A stretch of DNA of 64,000 nt from an uncultured Erysipelotrichaceae bacterium (GTDB lineage Bacteria; Bacillota_I; Bacilli_A; Erysipelotrichales; Erysipelotrichaceae), in contig CAMCRE010000004.1 in assembly GCA_945877255.1 (NCBI GenBank), forward strand, positions 26,484 to 90,483. The letters run 5' to 3'. The notes under the pieces are model-generated. The model was given only the letters and a program-made list of their open reading frames with translations. It did not search any database and was not told where the DNA came from. Shown here piece by piece: positions 58,061-64,000 of the stretch (position 1 is the stretch's first letter; the number at the start of each line of letters is the position of its first letter). The position numbers were made by a program, and so were the translations under genes.

Positions 58061-59570
58061 AATGTCCTTTTTTACCAACTAACGATTCCTTCAACACAAC
58101 ATCATGTGCACCACCTTCAGTGATACTAGTTGCTGATACAAGCGTTAGTTTCGCGTTTTCTTTAAAATGTGTTAAATCTAATGATCCACAATTACACATT
58201 GTAGATTTAATTTTATTCATCGTTAGTGCTACATTATCTTTTAAACTACCTGCATATGGTATGTACGAATCGACACCTTCTTCAAAACTGAGTTTACTAT
58301 CGCCACCCATATCATATCTTTGCCAGTTTCTAGCTCTAGCGCTTCCTTCTCCCCAATATTCTTTCATATATACACCATTAATGTTTATTTTTTCACTTGG
58401 AGATTCATCAAAACGAGCAAAATAACGCCCTAACATCACAAAATCACTCCCCATTGCTAATGCTAGTGTAATGTGATAATCATATACAATACCACCATCA
58501 CTACAAATAGGAATGTATACACCAGTTTCTTCAAAATATTCATCACGTGCTTTAGCAACTTCAATTACTGCACTTGCTTGTCCACGCCCAATTCCTTTTT
58601 GTTCGCGGGTAATACAAATTGAACCACCACCAATACCAACTTTAATAAAATCAGCACCAGCATCAGCTAAAAATCTAAATCCTTCACGATCAACTACGTT
58701 ACCCGCACCTACTTTTACACTATTGCCGTATTTACTTCTGATCCATTTAAGTGTTCTTAATTGCCACTCACTAAACCCTTCTGAAGAATCAATACACAAC
58801 ACATCTGCACCAGCCTCAACTAAAGCCGGAACACGTTGTTCATAATCTCTTGTATTAATTCCAGCACCTACTAAATAACGTTTTTCTGTATCTAATAACT
58901 CATTAGGGTGCTCTTTATGCGAATCATAATCTTTTCTAAATACGAACGCCAACAATTTTTGATTATCCCCCACTATCGGCAATTGATTTAACTTATATTC
59001 CCAAATCATGTCATTAGCTTCAGATAATGTCATATTTGCATGCCCACAAACTAATTTATCAAAAGGAGTCATTAATTGCGATACTTTTGTATCTAAAGGT
59101 GTTTTAGAAACACGATAATCACGAGAAGTTAAAATCCCAACAAGTTTACCATTTCTAGTTCCATCTTCCGTAACCGCCATTGTTGAATGGCCAGTTTTTT
59201 TTCTTAAATCTAATACATCTTGTAATGTACTATCAGGTGAAATATTTGTATCTGAAACCACAAATCCCGCCTTAGTATCTTTAACAGCTTTAACCATCGC
59301 AGCCTCTGATTCAATAGACTGTGAGCCATAAATAAAACATAATCCACCTTCTTGTGCTAAAGCAACACCCATTTTTTCACCAGAAACAGATTGCATAATC
59401 GCTGAAACTAAAGGAATATTCAAACTAATTGCTGGTTGTTCACCTTTTTTATATTTTACAAGTGGTGTTTTAGTTGAAACATTAGCAACAACACATTCAC
59501 TTGAAGAATAACCTGGAACTAATAAAAACTCATTAAATGTTCGTGAAACATCTTTAAAATAAAACGCCAT
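58059..59570 (-). CDS. guaB: IMP dehydrogenase
   Basis: [12 protein letters not shown] catalytic loop, CBS pair insert, CSDGG. Confidence 0.95.
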   Translation of the reverse strand: MAFYFKDVSRTFNEFLLVPGYSSSECVVANVSTKTPLVKYKKGEQPAISLNIPLVSAIMQSVSGEKMGVALAQEGGLCFIYGSQSIESEAAMVKAVKDTKAGFVVSDTNISPDSTLQDVLDLRKKTGHSTMAVTEDGTRNGKLVGILTSRDYRVSKTPLDTKVSQLMTPFDKLVCGHANMTLSEANDMIWEYKLNQLPIVGDNQKLLAFVFRKDYDSHKEHPNELLDTEKRYLVGAGINTRDYEQRVPALVEAGADVLCIDSSEGFSEWQLRTLKWIRSKYGNSVKVGAGNVVDREGFRFLADAGADFIKVGIGGGSICITREQKGIGRGQASAVIEVAKARDEYFEETGVYIPICSDGGIVYDYHITLALAMGSDFVMLGRYFARFDESPSEKININGVYMKEYWGEGSARARNWQRYDMGGDSKLSFEEGVDSYIPYAGSLKDNVALTMNKIKSTMCNCGSLDLTHFKENAKLTLVSATSITEGGAHDVVLKESLVGKKGH

Positions 59571-59579
59571 TTTAACCTC

Positions 59580-61970
59580 CTAGATTACAATATTTACTAA
59601 TTTTTTCTTCACAACGATTACTTTTTTAACTGTCTGATTTGCTAATGCTTCTACAACTTTTTCATTGGATAAAGCAGCAGATTGAATTTCAGCATCTTCA
59701 GCATTCGATTTAAAGTTAAACTTCGCTTTTAGTTTACCATTAATTTGCACAACGATTTCAACTTCATCTTTCACTAATTTCGCTTCATCATAAATTGGCC
59801 AACTTTCATATGTGATTGTATCACGATATCCCATTAACTGCCATAATTCTTCACCTAAATGTGGTGCGAACGGATATAACAGCTTAATGAAACCTAACAC
59901 ATACTCACGATAAATTGTTTCTGCTTTATAACACTCATTAATAAAAATCATCATTTGCGATATTGCAGTATTAAAGTTTAAAGATGCGATATCATCCGTT
60001 ACTTTTTTCACAGTATAATTATAGATATAATCTAATTTACCATCATTTTCTTCTGATATTTTTTGCTCTTCAATAATTAGTCGATATACACGTTCTAACC
60101 ATTTTTTAGCACCATCTAAACCATTTGGACTCCACGCCAACGTTGCTTCTAGCGGACCCATAAACATTTCATATACACGCAATGCATCCGCACCATGTGT
60201 TGCAACGACTTCATCTGTTGGTACAACATTTCCACGTGACTTAGACATTTTAATATTGTTTTCACCTAAAATCATGCCTTGATGGAATAATTTTTGGAAC
60301 GGTTCTTTCGTTGTTACAACACCACAGTCATATAATACTTTATGCCAAAACCTTGCATACAATAAATGTAATACCGCATGCTCTGCTCCACCAATATATA
60401 AATCTACTGGCAACCATTTCTCTAATAATTTTGGATCGGCAATCATATCCGCATTATGTGGATCAATATATCTTAAATAATACCAACAAGATCCCGCCCA
60501 TTGTGGCATTGTATTTGTTTCACGTCGTGCTTTTTTACCATCAATTTCAATATTGATAAAACTATCGATATTCGCTAATGGTGATTCTCCGTTGTTTGCA
60601 GTTTTGAAATTAGTAGTCGCCGGTAATTCAACTGGTAATTCTTCTAACGATAATGCACGCATACTACCATCTTCAAAATGTACTACCGGAATAGGTTCCC
60701 CCCAATATCTTTGACGAGAAAACAACCAATCGCGTAATTTATATGTTGTTTTAGCTTTTCCAATATTGTTTTCTTCTAAATATGCAATCATTTTATCGAT
60801 AGCCGTTTGTTTGTCTAAACCATTTAAAAAATCTGAATTAATGTGTAACGCATCTTCTTCAAACGCTTTTTCACGCACATCACCATCAAGTACCGCTATA
60901 ATTTCTAAACCAAATTTTTTCGCAAATTCATAATCACGTTGATCATGAGCAGGAACAGCCATAATTGCACCATGACCATAACTCGCTAGTACATAATCAC
61001 TAATCCAAATTGGTATTTTTTTATTCGTTACAGGATTAATAGCATACGCTCCAGTAAAAATTCCTGTTTTGTTTTTGTTTAATTCTGTACGTTCTAAATC
61101 AGATTTAGAAGCAATTTCACGACGATAAGCCTCAATCGCCTCTTTATTTTCAGATGTTGCAATTTGATCCACAAACGGATGCTCAGGTGCTAATACACAA
61201 TACGTTGCACCAAAAAGTGTATCACACCTAGTTGTAAATACAGTAAACGATAAATCCGTATCCGCTACATTAAACACCACATCTGCACCAACACTTTTAC
61301 CAATCCAATTAATTTGCATCTCTTTAGTAGAAGAAGGCCAATCACAAAGTTCTAAATCTTCCAACAATCGCTCCGCATACTCAGTAATTTTAAGCACCCA
61401 CTGACGCATCGGTTTTCTAACTACAGGATGCCCACCAATTTCACTTTTACCATCAATCACTTCTTCATTCGCTAAAACCGTTTGTAATGCTTCACACCAA
61501 TTTACTGGAATTTCATCAACATAAGCTAATCCTTTTTCATACAACTTCGTGAAAATCCATTGTGTCCATTTATAATAATCAACACTACTTGTGGCAATTT
61601 CTCGTTCCCAATCGTAAGAAAAACCTAATTCTTTTAACTGTCTTTTAAAGTTTTTAATATTTTCTAATGTAAATGTTTCTGGATGATTACCTGTTCTGAT
61701 CGCATACTGCTCAGCTGGTAGTCCAAATGAATCCCATCCCATTGGATGTAATACATTGTATCCTTGCATTCTTTTTACACGAGAAACAATGTCTGTTGCA
61801 GTATATCCTTCTGGATGACCAACATGTAATCCATTTCCAGATGGATATGGAAACATATCTAAAATATAACATTTTGGTTTACTATTATCATATGTGTCAC
61901 ATTTAAAAGTATTGTTTTCTTCCCAATATTGTTGCCATTTTTTTTCTATTTTTTGAAATTCAAACGTCAT
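59580..61970 (-). CDS. leuS: Leucine-tRNA ligase
   Basis: HVGHPEGY (HIGH) and KMSKSRGN; 796 aa. Confidence 0.97.
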   Translation of the reverse strand: MTFEFQKIEKKWQQYWEENNTFKCDTYDNSKPKCYILDMFPYPSGNGLHVGHPEGYTATDIVSRVKRMQGYNVLHPMGWDSFGLPAEQYAIRTGNHPETFTLENIKNFKRQLKELGFSYDWEREIATSSVDYYKWTQWIFTKLYEKGLAYVDEIPVNWCEALQTVLANEEVIDGKSEIGGHPVVRKPMRQWVLKITEYAERLLEDLELCDWPSSTKEMQINWIGKSVGADVVFNVADTDLSFTVFTTRCDTLFGATYCVLAPEHPFVDQIATSENKEAIEAYRREIASKSDLERTELNKNKTGIFTGAYAINPVTNKKIPIWISDYVLASYGHGAIMAVPAHDQRDYEFAKKFGLEIIAVLDGDVREKAFEEDALHINSDFLNGLDKQTAIDKMIAYLEENNIGKAKTTYKLRDWLFSRQRYWGEPIPVVHFEDGSMRALSLEELPVELPATTNFKTANNGESPLANIDSFINIEIDGKKARRETNTMPQWAGSCWYYLRYIDPHNADMIADPKLLEKWLPVDLYIGGAEHAVLHLLYARFWHKVLYDCGVVTTKEPFQKLFHQGMILGENNIKMSKSRGNVVPTDEVVATHGADALRVYEMFMGPLEATLAWSPNGLDGAKKWLERVYRLIIEEQKISEENDGKLDYIYNYTVKKVTDDIASLNFNTAISQMMIFINECYKAETIYREYVLGFIKLLYPFAPHLGEELWQLMGYRDTITYESWPIYDEAKLVKDEVEIVVQINGKLKAKFNFKSNAEDAEIQSAALSNEKVVEALANQTVKKVIVVKKKLVNIVI

Positions 61971-61971
61971 G

Positions 61972-62868
61972 TTAGCCTCCTATTTTATTTTTTAATTCAA
62001 TTAAGATATCTGGTCTATCTGTAATAATACCATCAACTTTTTTATCAATTAATTTTCGCATCGTTTTCTCATCATTAATTGTCCAAAAATGCACGAATAA
62101 ATTATGTTTTTTCATTTTAGATATCAAGTAACTCGTATCTAATGCCACAATTTCATGCGTTGGAATTTGTACACCATGAACATTATAATGTTTTAGAAAA
62201 TCAAACCCTACATACATTGATAACACCATCTCTTTAACTTTTGATTCCCCAGCAGAAATACTTGTCTTTGAATTTAATGTAGTAAAATATTCATTATTTT
62301 CATGCAAAAAACTTGCAACATTCACTTTATCTTCAAGTTGATATTTTTTAATTAATGTATTTAAAATATCTACCGCCTTTTTTCCAAGATCGCCTTCATC
62401 TTTAATTTCTGCAATAAATAACACTTTTTGACCATATTTTAAGAACAAGTCTTCCAAAGTACTTGGAACTAATTTTGGATCTTTTTCTAAATAAGGTTGT
62501 GTATTATCCACAGCAATAAACTTCGCACCAAAATTAAATTGTTTCAATTGGTCGTAAGTATAATCACGTACTTTACCACTACCATCACTTGTTTCATCAA
62601 TCGTTTCATTATGATGTGTAATCAAAATATCATCTTTAGTCATTCTTAAATCTAATTCCAATACATCAATCGGTAATTCCATCGTTCTTTCAAAAGCATA
62701 TACCGTATTTTCCGGAAACAATTGTTTAGAACCACCATGTGCAATAATTAATGGAAAACCATTTTTTGCTTTAAAATTTTGACCTAAATTACTTTCTTTT
62801 TTTATTACTACAAATTGAGCTAGGATATATACTATCACTATACATATTAATATCTTAATTTTTTTCAT
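61972..62868 (-). CDS. Membrane-anchored glycerophosphodiester phosphodiesterase
   Basis: N-terminal TM; IAHGG...[26 protein letters not shown] motifs. Confidence 0.85.
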   Translation of the reverse strand: MKKIKILICIVIVYILAQFVVIKKESNLGQNFKAKNGFPLIIAHGGSKQLFPENTVYAFERTMELPIDVLELDLRMTKDDILITHHNETIDETSDGSGKVRDYTYDQLKQFNFGAKFIAVDNTQPYLEKDPKLVPSTLEDLFLKYGQKVLFIAEIKDEGDLGKKAVDILNTLIKKYQLEDKVNVASFLHENNEYFTTLNSKTSISAGESKVKEMVLSMYVGFDFLKHYNVHGVQIPTHEIVALDTSYLISKMKKHNLFVHFWTINDEKTMRKLIDKKVDGIITDRPDILIELKNKIGG

Positions 62869-63530
62869 TAATACCCGCCATTATTTTCTTCTTTATTCAT
62901 TAATTTAACACCTGCACTCGTTCCAATACGTGTTGCACCTGCTTTAATCATTTTTTCTAAATCATCAAATGTTCTTACGCCACCAGCAGCTTTAACTTCA
63001 GCATGTCCTTTAACAATTGAACGCATTAAAATAACATCTTCAACTGTTGCACCAGATTTGTTGAAACCTGTTGATGTCTTCACAAAATGTGCTTTTGCTT
63101 CAACACAAAGTTGACAAGCTTTAATAATTTCATCTTTCGTCAATAAGCAATTTTCTAAAATTACTTTCACTGTTTTTCCTTCTGCCGCTTCAACAACTGC
63201 TTTAATATCTTCCACAACAAATTCATAATTTTTATCTTTTAACGCACCAATATTAATAACCATATCAATTTCTGATGCACCATTTTTAATTGCTTCTTTA
63301 ACTTCAAATGCTTTAGTTTCTGTTGTACATGCACCTAAAGGGAATCCTACCACACAACAAACTTTTACATCTGTTCCTTGTAATAATTCACTGCATTTTT
63401 TCGCCCAACAAGTGTTGACACAAACTGCCGCAAAATCATATTTTTTAGCTTCTTCACATAATTTTTCAATCGTTGCTACTGTTGTATCCGCAAGTAATAC
63501 TGTATGATCAATATATTTGTTATAATTCAT
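62868..63530 (-). CDS. deoC: Deoxyribose-phosphate aldolase
   Basis: IDHTVL and FVKTSTGF Schiff-base lysine. Confidence 0.95.
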   Translation of the reverse strand: MNYNKYIDHTVLLADTTVATIEKLCEEAKKYDFAAVCVNTCWAKKCSELLQGTDVKVCCVVGFPLGACTTETKAFEVKEAIKNGASEIDMVINIGALKDKNYEFVVEDIKAVVEAAEGKTVKVILENCLLTKDEIIKACQLCVEAKAHFVKTSTGFNKSGATVEDVILMRSIVKGHAEVKAAGGVRTFDDLEKMIKAGATRIGTSAGVKLMNKEENNGGY

Positions 63531-64000
63531 CTTCCAATTCCCTTTCTTCTAAAATTTTTAACGCAATCTCTTCTCCAGATTCATTTAAAACAATGACTGT
63601 ATCATTTTTTTGAGTATTGTTTATTGCTACTCTTATTGCTTCTTGTATATCTTCCACTTTAAGCACAACTGTTCGATTATCAATTTCTTTTTTTATCTCA
63701 GTAATTTCTTCAGTAAATATAATTTGATGACAATATTCATTTAATAATCGAATTAATTCAACTTTATTAGTATAACTAAATTGTTCTAATGATGTTACTA
63801 AAATAATTTTATTTTTAGTTGTTGCTGTCACAAATTTCAGAACTTTTTCAACTTCACTAATCGTTGTACATTCATCCACAATTAAATTAATTTCCGAATG
63901 ATTTATTTTTCTTAACTGTCCTTTTATTTTTGGAATGTGTTGTAAAATATGTTCAATCGCATATCCTTTAATATGTAATACCGCTATACTCGCCACTAAA
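63520..64000 (-). CDS. Mur-ligase C-terminal-domain-like protein, 5' end probably off window
   Basis: The frame is open to the window edge. The pattern LIVDECTT...IILVTS...[20 protein letters not shown] parallels a Mur ligase C-terminal domain, but degenerately. Confidence 0.35.
   Translation of the reverse strand, partial: LVASIAVLHIKGYAIEHILQHIPKIKGQLRKINHSEINLIVDECTTISEVEKVLKFVTATTKNKIILVTSLEQFSYTNKVELIRLLNEYCHQIIFTEEITEIKKEIDNRTVVLKVEDIQEAIRVAINNTQKNDTVIVLNESGEEIALKILEERELEDEL

Overview
Visibly AT-rich, low-GC Gram-positive (Bacillota-type, probably a gut anaerobe) chromosome segment, transcribed almost entirely from the minus strand. 1-7.5 kb is the integrase-proximal early region of a prophage. 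It carries a tyrosine integrase, a divergent CI(LexA-like)/Cro switch, an antirepressor, YopX, two DNA methyltransferases and a Panacea-domain toxin-antitoxin pair, and it cuts a host DUF45/M48-like gene in two. The rest is mostly housekeeping: radical SAM, M42 peptidase, coaD, ftsW, def, rnj, mscL, flavodoxin, prs, rsmA, rnmV, tatD, mnmE, folC, ung, lrgAB, ogt, ileS, divIVA, ylmH, sepF, pflA, guaB, leuS, glpQ, deoC. Several accessory modules interrupt it. (a) A 1.1-kb small-peptide/membrane-protein islet bracketed by a duplicated mscL 3' end. (b) An ankyrin-repeat plus EF-G-paralogue operon preceded by a 19-codon leader ORF and an intrinsic terminator. (c) A 1384-aa beta-helix/CnaB surface protein. 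(d) T-box(Met)-controlled metQNI next to a stand-alone tRNA-Arg(UCU). (e) A galacto-/lacto-N-biose phosphorylase-ABC cluster ending in a cytoplasmic sulfatase. (f) A four-gene bitopic protein/ABC/mini site-2-protease cluster. Three frame breaks all sit in homopolymer runs inside accessory genes. No rRNA, CRISPR array or transposase was seen. All calls rest on motif recognition by eye; no database search was run.
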